From Candidatus Saccharimonadota bacterium (lineage in GTDB: Bacteria; Bacteroidota; Bacteroidia; Flavobacteriales; Blattabacteriaceae), in contig NZ_CP059199.1 in NCBI RefSeq assembly GCF_014251775.1, positions 180,001 to 212,000 of the forward strand: a stretch of 32,000 nucleotides of DNA. The letters are read 5' to 3'. Made by a program: the position numbers and the translations under genes. Below the pieces are notes generated by a model. It made no database searches. It was given only the letters and a program-made list of their open reading frames with translations, and was not told the origin of the DNA. Within the stretch, counting starts at the first letter, position 1, and the number at the start of each line of letters is the position of its first letter. Of this stretch, positions 9,639-18,951 are shown piece by piece.

Positions 9639-10607
9639 TTAAAAAATGGATTGAACTATTTTATATATGTTTTCAGGTTTATCCATTGTATAATAATGAA
9701 TTATTTTTACTCCTGATTTTTTCAGTTCTTGAGACTGATGAATAGCCCACTCTATTCCAATATGGAATATATTTTTTTTATTATTAGTTTTTTCAACTTC
9801 TTTCACTAATTCATTTGGAATACTTAAATAAAATTTAGAAGGAAGAGTAGTTAATTGTTGTTTAGAAGATATAGGTTTTATTCCAGGAATAATAGGGACT
9901 GAAATCCCTTCTAATCTACATCTATTTACAAAAGTAAAATATTTTTTATTATCAAAAAACATCTGTGTAACTATATAATCTGCTCCTGCTTCTACTTTTT
10001 TTTTTAAAAAAAATAAATCACTTTCTATATTAGGAGATTCTAAATGTTTTTCAGGATATCCGGCAACACCAATGCAAAAATCAAATATAGGATTATTTTT
10101 TTCATCATAATTAATAAAATTTTTATCTAAATATTTTCCTAAATTTATATTATTTACTTGTTTTACAAGATCTAATGCATATTTATGGCCATTTTTTTTT
10201 GCAAAAAATTTATCTTCATATTTTAATGGATCTCCTCTTAATACTAAAAGATTATCTATTCCTAAAAAATTCAAATCTATTAAAGCATTTTCAGTCATAT
10301 ATTTATTAAAACCTCCACATATTAAATGTGGAACAGCATCTACTTTATATTTATTCATAATAGCAGCACATATCCCAACTGTTCCAGGACGTCTGGATAT
10401 TTTTTTTCTTTGTAATAATCCATTTCCTTTTTCTACATAAATAAATTCTTCACGATGATAGGTAACGTCAATAAAAGGGGGATTAAATTCCATTAATGGA
10501 TTTAATGTATCAAAAATATATTTAATATTTTTTCCTTTCAAAGGAGGTAATATTTCAAAAGAAAATAATATTTTTTTTGCTTTAGATATATGGTCAATAA
10601 CTTTCAT
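9639..10607 (-). CDS. metF: 5,10-methylenetetrahydrofolate reductase
   Basis: 322 aa. FSFEILPPLKG N-terminal motif, VDAVPHLIC, and LVLRGDP, typical of MetF. Confidence 0.9.
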   Translation of the reverse strand: MKVIDHISKAKKILFSFEILPPLKGKNIKYIFDTLNPLMEFNPPFIDVTYHREEFIYVEKGNGLLQRKKISRRPGTVGICAAIMNKYKVDAVPHLICGGFNKYMTENALIDLNFLGIDNLLVLRGDPLKYEDKFFAKKNGHKYALDLVKQVNNINLGKYLDKNFINYDEKNNPIFDFCIGVAGYPEKHLESPNIESDLFFLKKKVEAGADYIVTQMFFDNKKYFTFVNRCRLEGISVPIIPGIKPISSKQQLTTLPSKFYLSIPNELVKEVEKTNNKKNIFHIGIEWAIHQSQELKKSGVKIIHYYTMDKPENIYKIVQSIF

Positions 10608-10622
10608 AAACGAATAGTTTTT

Positions 10623-11906
10623 TTATTTAATATTATTAAATCCTGTATAAGGAATTAAAACTTCAGGTATATTTATATGATTATTCGTTTGATTATTTTC
10701 TAATATAGCTACTAAAATTCTAGGTAATGCTAATGCACTTCCATTCAAAGTATGACAATATCCAATTTCTCCAGTAATATTTTTTTTATATCTAATATTT
10801 AATCTATTTGATTGATAATCTGTACAATTTGAAATTGAACTTACCTCTAACCATTTTTTTTGAGCTATTGAGTACACTTCAAAATCATAAGTTATTGAAG
10901 AAGAATAACCAAGATCTGAAGCTTTTAAACGAATAATACGAAAAGGCAAATTTAATGATTTCAAAATATTTTTCACATGTTCTATCATATCTTTTAAAGA
11001 ATAAGATGAATAATCAGGAAGAGTTATTTGAATAATTTCAACTTTTTCAAATTGGTGAAGTCTGTTTAATCCCCTGACTTTTGTTCCGTAAGATCCAGCT
11101 TCTCTTCTAAAACAAGAAGTATAAGTAGTCGCTTTAATAGGAAGATCCTTTTCTAGAAAAATTTTATCTCTATAACAATTCATAAGGGGAATTTCTCCAG
11201 TAGGAATAAGATAAAAATTATCTTTTTCTATAAAATACATTTGATCTTTTTTATCAGGAATTTGTCCTGTAGAAAATCCAGATGTTTGATTAATAAAATA
11301 AGGCAGGCTATATTCTTTATATAGAGCTTTTATATTTTTATCTAAAAAATATTGAATTAAACTTCTTTGTAATTTTGCAAATTTTCCAAAATATACAGGA
11401 AATCCAGTCCCACATATTTTTGATCCTAAATTTAAATCAAATAAATTAAATTTTTTTGATAATTCCCAATGAGGTAATGGATTATCTATGCAACTCTTTC
11501 CCATTCCTTCCTGAATAATAATATCATCTTTTGCCAATTTTTTTTTTACAGTTTCATCAGGAATATTAGGAATATAACTTAATTTTTTTTTTAGAAAAAA
11601 AATTATTTCTTTTAATTGAATATTGAGATTTTTTTTTTTCAATTTTAGAGAAAAAGATGATTCTTTAAGAGATTTTATTTCTAATTCATTAACATTAACA
11701 TGATTATTTTTTAATAATATTTTTGATATTTTTTTAGATATAATATTTTCTTTTTCTAATACTTTATTTAAAATATTTTGTATTTTTTTTCTACTATTAT
11801 CTAATTTTAATATATCATCTATTAAATATATTTTATTAAAATTACGTTTTTTTAAACCTAATAAAACTCTTTTTTTATTTTTACGTATAAAATATACTTG
11901 AAACAT
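10623..11906 (-). CDS. serS: seryl-tRNA synthetase
   Basis: 427 aa. N-terminal coiled-coil arm and class II motifs (CFRREAGSYGTKVRGLNRLHQFEKVE; TLNGSALALPRILVAILEN). Confidence 0.95.
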   Translation of the reverse strand: MFQVYFIRKNKKRVLLGLKKRNFNKIYLIDDILKLDNSRKKIQNILNKVLEKENIISKKISKILLKNNHVNVNELEIKSLKESSFSLKLKKKNLNIQLKEIIFFLKKKLSYIPNIPDETVKKKLAKDDIIIQEGMGKSCIDNPLPHWELSKKFNLFDLNLGSKICGTGFPVYFGKFAKLQRSLIQYFLDKNIKALYKEYSLPYFINQTSGFSTGQIPDKKDQMYFIEKDNFYLIPTGEIPLMNCYRDKIFLEKDLPIKATTYTSCFRREAGSYGTKVRGLNRLHQFEKVEIIQITLPDYSSYSLKDMIEHVKNILKSLNLPFRIIRLKASDLGYSSSITYDFEVYSIAQKKWLEVSSISNCTDYQSNRLNIRYKKNITGEIGYCHTLNGSALALPRILVAILENNQTNNHINIPEVLIPYTGFNNIK

Positions 11907-12023
11907 AATTTTATGAAAATAAAATTTTTTAATTTCTAAAACTCAAAAGAATATATAATTAATCATACTTATGTATATATATGTTATGATATAATAGGCA
12001 ACAAGATACAGATAAAATATTTT

Positions 12024-12031
12024 TATATTTG
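12024..12031 (+). promoter_or_regulatory. candidate -7 promoter box (TATATTTG) for rsmA-folD
   Basis: Exact TATATTTG ending 4 nt before the only plausible rsmA ATG (12036). Confidence 0.3.
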
Positions 12032-12035
12032 TAAA

Positions 12036-12827
12036 ATGCATAATAAATATTTTTATAAGAGAAAATTAGATCAATTTTTTTTAAAAAATAAGAATATAGC
12101 TAAAAAAATTGTAGATAATCTTTCTTTTGAAAATTATTCTACAGTAGTAGAAGTAGGACCAGGATTAGGAATATTAACTGAATATTTATTATTATTAGAA
12201 AAAAAAAGAATTTTTAAAAAATTATTTTTAATAGAAATTGATAAAGAAATAATTTTTTTTCTAAAAAATTTATTTTCTATTTCTGATAATAAAATTATTC
12301 ATAAAGATTTTTTAAAATGGAATCCTAAAGATATTCCATTATATAATTTTGCAATAATTAGTAATTTTCCCTATGGGATTTCCTCTAAAATATTATTTCA
12401 TATATTAAAATATAGTCAATACATTCCAGAATGTATTGGTATGTTTCAAGAAGAATTAGTAAATCGTATTTTTTCTAAAAAAGGAAATAAAAAATATGGT
12501 ATATTATCTGTATTAATACAAACATTTTATGAAATAAAATATTTATTTAAAGTAGATAAAAAATTTTTTTTTCCAGTTCCAAAAATAAAATCTGCAGTAA
12601 TTTCTTTAAAAAGAAAAAAATTAAAAATTCCTAACTATAGGAAAAAATTATTGTTTAAATGTGTAAAAATTGCTTTTAGACAAAGAAGAAAAAAATTAAA
12701 AAATTCTTTAGAATTATTTAATAAATACTCAAATTTTAATAAAATATCTTTTTTAAATAAAAGAGCAGAAGAATTAAATTATAAAGAATTTCTTCAAATC
12801 ATACAAGAAATAGAAATAATAAAATGA
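12036..12827 (+). CDS. rsmA: 16S rRNA (adenine1518/1519-N6)-dimethyltransferase
   Basis: 263 aa. KLDQFFL (GQHFL-like), a SAM-binding VVEVGPGLGILT and ISNFPYGISS (NxPY). Its end overlaps the folD start by 4 nt (ATGA). Confidence 0.9.
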   Translation: MHNKYFYKRKLDQFFLKNKNIAKKIVDNLSFENYSTVVEVGPGLGILTEYLLLLEKKRIFKKLFLIEIDKEIIFFLKNLFSISDNKIIHKDFLKWNPKDIPLYNFAIISNFPYGISSKILFHILKYSQYIPECIGMFQEELVNRIFSKKGNKKYGILSVLIQTFYEIKYLFKVDKKFFFPVPKIKSAVISLKRKKLKIPNYRKKLLFKCVKIAFRQRRKKLKNSLELFNKYSNFNKISFLNKRAEELNYKEFLQIIQEIEIIK

Positions 12828-13696
12828 AAATAGAAACTAAATTATTAAATGGAAATGAATTAGCTAATAAAATTAGAAAAGAAATTATTATAGACATTAA
12901 AGAAAAAATATTGAAAAACAAAAAAAATCTTCCTAATCTAGGAATTATTTTAATGGGAGATAATTTTTCTAGTATTAGATATGTAAATAATAAAATTAAA
13001 GAATGTAAAAATATTGGAATTAGAACTACTTTAATTAAAATATCAAAAAATAGTACAGAAAAAGTATTACTAAAAGAGATTGAAAAAATGAATAAAAATC
13101 CTTTAATAGATGGATTTATTGTACAATTACCTCTTGGAAAACATATTAATCAAAATAAAGTAATTCTATCTATTGATCCAAAAAAAGACGTAGATGGATT
13201 TCATCCGGAAAATTTTGGTAAAATGACTTTAGGAATGAATAGTTTTTATCCTGCTACTGCACTGGGAATTTTAACTCTATTAGAAAGAAATAAAATAGAA
13301 ATATCTGGAAAATACACTGTAGTAATTGGAAGAAGTATAATTGTAGGAAAACCTATAAGTATTTTAATGAGTAGAAAAAATTTAATAGGAAATAGTACTG
13401 TAACTATTGCTCATAGTAAAACTATTAATATAAAATATTATACAAAAAAAGCCGATATAATTATAGTTTCAGTAGGAATTAAAAATTTTCTTACAGGGAC
13501 AATGATCAAAAAAGGTTCTATTATTATAGATGTAGGGATTAATAATATTTCTAATAATAAAATTGTTGGAGACGTAGATTTTAAAAGTGTATATGGAATA
13601 GCTTCTTATTTAAGCCCTGTTCCTGGTGGAGTCGGACCGATGACTAGAGTAATGCTACTAAAAAATACTTTAAAAGCTGCATTAAACAATAGATAA
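12824..13696 (+). CDS. folD: bifunctional methylenetetrahydrofolate dehydrogenase / methenyltetrahydrofolate cyclohydrolase
   Basis: 290 aa. GFIVQLPL, DVDGFHPEN, VVIGRSIIVGKP and SPVPGGVGPMT are all classic FolD blocks. Confidence 0.95.
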   Translation: MKIETKLLNGNELANKIRKEIIIDIKEKILKNKKNLPNLGIILMGDNFSSIRYVNNKIKECKNIGIRTTLIKISKNSTEKVLLKEIEKMNKNPLIDGFIVQLPLGKHINQNKVILSIDPKKDVDGFHPENFGKMTLGMNSFYPATALGILTLLERNKIEISGKYTVVIGRSIIVGKPISILMSRKNLIGNSTVTIAHSKTINIKYYTKKADIIIVSVGIKNFLTGTMIKKGSIIIDVGINNISNNKIVGDVDFKSVYGIASYLSPVPGGVGPMTRVMLLKNTLKAALNNR

Positions 13697-13704
13697 AAAA
13701 TTCA

Positions 13705-13760
13705 ATTTTCAATATAATTTATTTTATTCGTTTTAAAGAACGATTGAAAATAATTTTTTT
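13705..13760 (+). terminator. possible intrinsic terminator downstream of folD (weak, AT-rich)
   Basis: The arms ATTTTCAAT (13705-13713) and ATTGAAAAT (13743-13751) are exact reverse complements. They enclose a smaller TCGTT/AACGA stem and are followed by AATTTTTTT (13752-13760). The structure starts 9 nt after the folD stop, but it is thermodynamically weak because it is almost all A/T. Confidence 0.3.
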
Positions 13761-13891
13761 ACAGAATTTTTATCATATCATATTAATGAATTGAAAATTA
13801 TTATACAAAGTTATATATACATTTTTTTTATTTGCATAAGCAATGATAAAATATTCAATGGATAAGAAATTTTTTAATTTATAAAATATTA

Positions 13892-14506
13892 TTATTTAAT
13901 TAAATTTCTTTTTTCCAATAAATCTATTACATCTTGTATATTAATTTTTTTGTATTGTAATAAAATTAAATAGTGAAATAAAAGATCTGCAGATTCATTC
14001 AAAAAAAGATTATTATTATTATCTTTTGATTCAATAATTAATTCTATAGATTCTTCTCCTAATTTTTGGGCTATTCTATTTATTCCTTGTTCCCATAATT
14101 GGAAAATATAAGATTTTTTTTTTCTTTGTCTAGTTCTATTTAAAATTAAATCTTCTAAAATAAAAAGAAAATTTTTTTTATTAATTTCTTTCCAACAAGT
14201 ATCTGTTCCTTTATGACAAACAGGACCATTAGGAGAAACTTTTATCAATAATGTATCTTTATCACAATCAATTAATATTTTTTCAATAAAAAGATAATTT
14301 TTACTTATTTCTCCTTTAGTCCATAATCTTTTTTTAGATCTACTATAGAAAGTTACTTTTTTGTCAAAAATACTTTTCTTATATGCTTCTTCATTCATAA
14401 AACCCAACATTAATACTTTATTTGTTTTAAAATCTTGTATAATAACTGGAATTAATCCATTTTTAAATGAAATATTATTTTTAATAGATAGAAATTTATT
14501 TTTCAT
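13892..14506 (-). CDS. hisI: bifunctional phosphoribosyl-AMP cyclohydrolase / phosphoribosyl-ATP pyrophosphatase
   Basis: 204 aa fused HisIE. The cyclohydrolase part has LIPVIIQD, SRSKKRLWTKGEISKNYL and the Cys cluster CHKGTDTCW. The C-terminal HisE-like helical part has LEDLILNR ... AQKLGEESIELIIE. Confidence 0.9.
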   Translation of the reverse strand: MKNKFLSIKNNISFKNGLIPVIIQDFKTNKVLMLGFMNEEAYKKSIFDKKVTFYSRSKKRLWTKGEISKNYLFIEKILIDCDKDTLLIKVSPNGPVCHKGTDTCWKEINKKNFLFILEDLILNRTRQRKKKSYIFQLWEQGINRIAQKLGEESIELIIESKDNNNNLFLNESADLLFHYLILLQYKKINIQDVIDLLEKRNLIK

Positions 14507-14531
14507 TTTTTTAAAAATTATATAATTAATT

Positions 14532-15293
14532 CTAATTATAATTTCTAACTGGAATATTATGAAAACTTAAGTATTTTTTTAAATTGGGAATTTTTATTAT
14601 TTTATAATGAAATATACTTGCCGCTAAAGCAGCATCAGCTTTTCCATTTTTAAATACATTATAAAAATCTTCTATAGTTCCTGCTCCTCCTGATGCAATT
14701 ACTGGAACTGATACAGTTTCTGATACATTTTTTATAATATCAATAGCAAATCCTTTTTTTGTTCCATCATGATTCATAGATGTTAATAATATTTCACCAA
14801 CACCTCTGTCTACTCCTTCTTTTACCCAATCCATAGTTTTAGTATTAGTTTCAATTCTACCTCCATTTAAATAAACCCACCATGAATTTTTTAAAAATTT
14901 AGTGTCAATAGCAAGTACAATGCATTGACTACCAAATCTTTTTGAAAATTTTTCTATAATATCTGGATTTTTAAATGCAGCAGTATTAATAGATATCTTA
15001 TCTGCACCAGATTCTAATAACAATTCTACATCTTTTTCTTCCTTGATTCCACCACCTACAGTAAAAGGTATATTAATCTGACTAGAAATGTCCTTTACTA
15101 AAGTTTTTAATGTTTTTCTTTTTTCATTTGTAGCTGTAATATCTAGAAATATTAGTTCATCAGCTCCTTGTTTAGTATACCAATATCCTAATTCTATAGG
15201 ATCTCCTGCATCTTTTAAAGATTTAAAATTTTTTCCTTTTACTGTTCTACCATTTTTAATGTCTAAACATGGTATAATTCGTTTAGTTAACAT
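14532..15293 (-). CDS. hisF: imidazole glycerol phosphate synthase, cyclase subunit
   Basis: 253 aa. KRIIPCLDI, ADELIFLDITA, FTVGGGI and IASGGAG. Confidence 0.95.
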   Translation of the reverse strand: MLTKRIIPCLDIKNGRTVKGKNFKSLKDAGDPIELGYWYTKQGADELIFLDITATNEKRKTLKTLVKDISSQINIPFTVGGGIKEEKDVELLLESGADKISINTAAFKNPDIIEKFSKRFGSQCIVLAIDTKFLKNSWWVYLNGGRIETNTKTMDWVKEGVDRGVGEILLTSMNHDGTKKGFAIDIIKNVSETVSVPVIASGGAGTIEDFYNVFKNGKADAALAASIFHYKIIKIPNLKKYLSFHNIPVRNYN

Positions 15294-16045
15294 AAATCCA
15301 TTTTTTCTTTTAAATTGATAATTTCTGAAAATAAAATTTTATTTTCATAAATAGCTTTTCCAATAATAACCCCACTACATCCTAATTTTAGTAATTTTTC
15401 TACATCTCTTATTTTACTGATTCCTCCACTAGCAATTAATTTTATATTAAAAAAATTTTTTTTAATTTTTTCATATAATGAAAAAGTTGGTCCGGATAAA
15501 GATCCATCTTTATTAATATCTGTGCAAAATATATTTTTTACTCCATCAGTATATTTTTTTTTTATAAAATCTAATATCGAAATATTATATATTTTAGTCC
15601 ATCCATTAATAGCTATTTTATTATTTAAAACATCTACTCCTAATAAAATTTTTTCAGATCCATAATTATTAATCCATTCTTTTAAAAGAATAGGATTTTT
15701 AATTGCAATGCTTCCGATAGAAACCATTTTTCCACCATTATTAAAAACATTATTAATATCTTCTTCTGTATGTATCCCACCTCCAAAATCTATTATTAAT
15801 TTTGTATTTTTTGCTATTTTTTCTAATATTTTCCAATGCATAACTTTCCCCATTCTTGCTCCATCTAAATCAACTAAATGTAATCGAGTTATTCCATTAT
15901 CTTCCAAAAATAAAGCTACATCTAATGGATCATCATGATAAATTTTTTTTTTATTAAAATTTCCTTTTGTTAAACGAACACATTTATTATCTATTAAATC
16001 TATAGCGATGATAATATCATTATTATATTTTTTATTATGATTCAT
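15287..16045 (-). CDS. hisA: ProFAR isomerase (1-(5-phosphoribosyl)-5-[(5-phosphoribosylamino)methylideneamino]imidazole-4-carboxamide isomerase)
   Basis: 252 aa. IIIAIDLIDNKCVRL, LHLVDLDGA, DFGGGI and ASGGIS. Its end overlaps the hisF start by 7 nt. Confidence 0.9.
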   Translation of the reverse strand: MNHNKKYNNDIIIAIDLIDNKCVRLTKGNFNKKKIYHDDPLDVALFLEDNGITRLHLVDLDGARMGKVMHWKILEKIAKNTKLIIDFGGGIHTEEDINNVFNNGGKMVSIGSIAIKNPILLKEWINNYGSEKILLGVDVLNNKIAINGWTKIYNISILDFIKKKYTDGVKNIFCTDINKDGSLSGPTFSLYEKIKKNFFNIKLIASGGISKIRDVEKLLKLGCSGVIIGKAIYENKILFSEIINLKEKMDLC

Positions 16046-16063
16046 AATATCTATAAAAATTTT

Positions 16064-16648
16064 TTATAATTGAATAAAATTTTCTAATATCTTATGTCCG
16101 ACATAAGAAGATTTTTCAGGATGAAATTGCACAGCATAAAAATTTTTTTTTTGTAATGCAGCACTATAATTAACTATATATTCTGTTTTTGCTATTGTAT
16201 GTATTCCTAATGGAATATAATATCCATGTACAAAATATTGATAACTACCATTAGATATGTTTTTAAATAACGGACCACTTAGATCAGAAATAGTATTCCA
16301 ACCCATTTTAGGAATTTTATATTTTTTTGATTTAAATTTTTTAACTAAATAATTGAAAATTCCTATACATTCAGTATTACTTTCTTCTGAAAACTTGCAT
16401 AATAATTGCATTCCTAAACATATCCCTAATACAGGTTGTTTCAAATTAAATATTATATCATTTAATTTATTTTTTTTTAAATATTTCATTGCAAAACCAG
16501 CTTCTCCAACACCTGGTAAAATTACTTTATCTGCACTTTTTATATGTTCTTCATAATTTGAAACTTCGGCATTTACCCCAATTCTTTCCAAAGAAAATAA
16601 TAATGATTGTACATTTCCAGATGGAAATTTTATAATAATAATTTTCAT
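16064..16648 (-). CDS. hisH: imidazole glycerol phosphate synthase, glutamine amidotransferase subunit
   Basis: 194 aa. LPGVGEAGFAM, GICLGMQLL (nucleophile Cys) and VQFHPEKS (triad His/Glu). Confidence 0.95.
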   Translation of the reverse strand: MKIIIIKFPSGNVQSLLFSLERIGVNAEVSNYEEHIKSADKVILPGVGEAGFAMKYLKKNKLNDIIFNLKQPVLGICLGMQLLCKFSEESNTECIGIFNYLVKKFKSKKYKIPKMGWNTISDLSGPLFKNISNGSYQYFVHGYYIPLGIHTIAKTEYIVNYSAALQKKNFYAVQFHPEKSSYVGHKILENFIQL

Positions 16649-16658
16649 AAGATTTTTT

Positions 16659-17837
16659 TTATTCTAATACCCCCTTAGAACTAAGGATTTTATTATTGTA
16701 ATTATTTTTATTAATTGCCATTTTTATAGCTCTAGCAAAACATTTAAAAATAGATTCTATTTTGTGATGTTCATTTATTCCAATTGAATGAATATGTATA
16801 TTACATTTAGCAGATGAACAAAACGATTTAAAAAAATGATAAAACATTTCTGTAGGAATAGATCCAATTTTTTCTCTAAAAAATTTTACTTTCCATAATA
16901 ATTGTTCTCTTCCCCCAAGATCTAAAGCCACTTTAGATAAACAGTCGTCCATTGGCAAAATATAAAAACCATAACGTTCAATTCCTCTTTTATCATTTAA
17001 ACAACGACTAAAAATTTTTCCAAATGTAATTCCACTATCTTCTATAGTATGATGTTCATCTACCTGTAAATCACCTTTAACTAAAATATCTATATCCATT
17101 AAACTATGAATAGAAATTTGTTGAAGTAAATGATCAAAGAAACCAATTCCAGTATTAATATTATGTTTCCCATTTCCATATATAGTCAGTCCTATTTTAA
17201 CATTAGTTTCTGATGTCTTACGTATATATATCGATTTATTTTTATTTTCTATACTTAATAAGTATTGATATATTTCTTTCCAATTATCAGTTTTTAAAGA
17301 AATTAAATTATTTAATTTACTTTTATTTAAATTATGATAATAATCTATTTCTTCTTCTGTGAAATCTTCATAATGACGATTATTTTTTCTTATCCATATA
17401 GATTTACATCCTAAATTTTTAGCTAATAAAATATCAGTTAATCTATCACCTATTACAAAAGATCTAGAAATATCATATAATGATTTATTATTTAAATATG
17501 TATTTAACATTTTAATTCCTGGTTTCCTAGTAAAAGATTTATCTTTTCTAAACGTTTTATCTATATGAACAGAAGAAAAAATAATATCCTCTGATTTTAA
17601 AACATTCAATATATGATTATGTATAGGCCAAAATTTTTCTTCTGGAAATTCATCTGTTCCTAATCCATCTTGATTAGATATCATGACTAAATCATAATTC
17701 AATTCTTTTTTTATTTTTGATAAAAAAAATATAACTCTAGGATAAAAATTTATTTTTTCAATAGAATCAATTTGATAATTTTTAGAATTTTCTTCTATAA
17801 TAGTTCCGTCTCTATCGAGAAACAATATTCTTTTCAT
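16659..17837 (-). CDS. hisB: bifunctional histidinol-phosphatase / imidazoleglycerol-phosphate dehydratase
   Basis: 392 aa. The N-terminal HAD phosphatase has FLDRDGTII (DxDGT). The C-terminal IGPD has DEHHTIEDSGITFG and GINEHHKIESIFKCFARA. Confidence 0.95.
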   Translation of the reverse strand: MKRILFLDRDGTIIEENSKNYQIDSIEKINFYPRVIFFLSKIKKELNYDLVMISNQDGLGTDEFPEEKFWPIHNHILNVLKSEDIIFSSVHIDKTFRKDKSFTRKPGIKMLNTYLNNKSLYDISRSFVIGDRLTDILLAKNLGCKSIWIRKNNRHYEDFTEEEIDYYHNLNKSKLNNLISLKTDNWKEIYQYLLSIENKNKSIYIRKTSETNVKIGLTIYGNGKHNINTGIGFFDHLLQQISIHSLMDIDILVKGDLQVDEHHTIEDSGITFGKIFSRCLNDKRGIERYGFYILPMDDCLSKVALDLGGREQLLWKVKFFREKIGSIPTEMFYHFFKSFCSSAKCNIHIHSIGINEHHKIESIFKCFARAIKMAINKNNYNNKILSSKGVLE

Positions 17838-17862
17838 TATATTTTATATTCTAATTTTTAAG

Positions 17863-18951
17863 TTAAATATTGTACTTATGTATTTGATTTATTAAATATT
17901 TATTTTCTTTATGTGTTCCAATCGTAATTCTTAAACAATTACTACATAATGTAATTTTTGATCTATCTCGTACAAAAATTTTTTTATCAATCAAATAATG
18001 ATATATTTTATATGAAGGACATTTAAATTTTACAAGAATAAAGTTAGTTGAACTAGGATATATTTTATTTACAAATGGAATATTATTGAGTATATTTATC
18101 ATATAATCTCTTTCCGTAATTATATTTTTTATATGATAAAAAAATAAATCTTTATTTTCAAGTGCTTTAAAAGCTATTTCTTGAGATAAAGAACTAATAT
18201 TATATGGATTTTTTACTTTATTCATCCAATAAATAATTTCTCTTGAAGCTATTCCGATTCCTATCCTTATGCCTGCTAATCCCCAAGCTTTAGATAAAGT
18301 TTGCAAAATAATCAAATTAGGATATTTATTAATTTCCATAGAAAAAGATTTTTCAGAAGAAAAATCTATATAAGCTTCATCTAAAACAACTATTCCAGAA
18401 AATTTTTTTATAATTTTTTTTATATCTTCTTTTTTTATGTCATTTCCTGTTGGATTATTAGGAGAACAAATAAATATAATTTTACTAAAAATATTTATAT
18501 ATTTTTTTAATTCAAATAAATCTAACTGGTATATTCCTCTTATAAGAGGAATTTTTATAACGTTTACTCCATGAATTTTTCCACTAACTTCGTACATCCC
18601 ATATGTAGGGGGAAAAATTATAGAATGATCTTTATACGGATTTGCAAATATCCTATATATTAAATCAATAATTTCATCACTTCCATTTCCTAAAAATATA
18701 TTATCAGGAGATATATTTTTTATTTTAGATATTCTTATTTTTAATTTTTCTTGCAAAGGATCTGGATATCTATTATAATAATTATTAAAGAATAAAGGTG
18801 ATCCAAATGAATTTTCATTTGCATCTAATAATATAGTTTTTTTAAAATTTTTATTTTTATGTTCAGATCTAGCTGATGAATAAGGTTTTATATTTAATAT
18901 ATTCTTTCTTATTAAAGAGCATAAATCAAAATTTAATGATTTATTGTTCAT
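17863..18951 (-). CDS. hisC: histidinol-phosphate aminotransferase
   Basis: 362 aa. LDANENSFG, CSPNNPTGN and TLSKAWGLAGIRIG (PLP lysine). Confidence 0.95.
   Translation of the reverse strand: MNNKSLNFDLCSLIRKNILNIKPYSSARSEHKNKNFKKTILLDANENSFGSPLFFNNYYNRYPDPLQEKLKIRISKIKNISPDNIFLGNGSDEIIDLIYRIFANPYKDHSIIFPPTYGMYEVSGKIHGVNVIKIPLIRGIYQLDLFELKKYINIFSKIIFICSPNNPTGNDIKKEDIKKIIKKFSGIVVLDEAYIDFSSEKSFSMEINKYPNLIILQTLSKAWGLAGIRIGIGIASREIIYWMNKVKNPYNISSLSQEIAFKALENKDLFFYHIKNIITERDYMINILNNIPFVNKIYPSSTNFILVKFKCPSYKIYHYLIDKKIFVRDRSKITLCSNCLRITIGTHKENKYLINQIHKYNI

Noticed and set aside
15088-15318. 76-aa plus-strand ORF across the hisF/hisA junction
   Set aside because: It is antisense to two strongly supported his genes, so it is a shadow ORF.
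15708-15938. 76-aa plus-strand ORF inside hisA
   Set aside because: It is antisense to hisA with no motif support.
16353-16556. 67-aa plus-strand ORF inside hisH
   Set aside because: It is antisense to hisH with no motif support.
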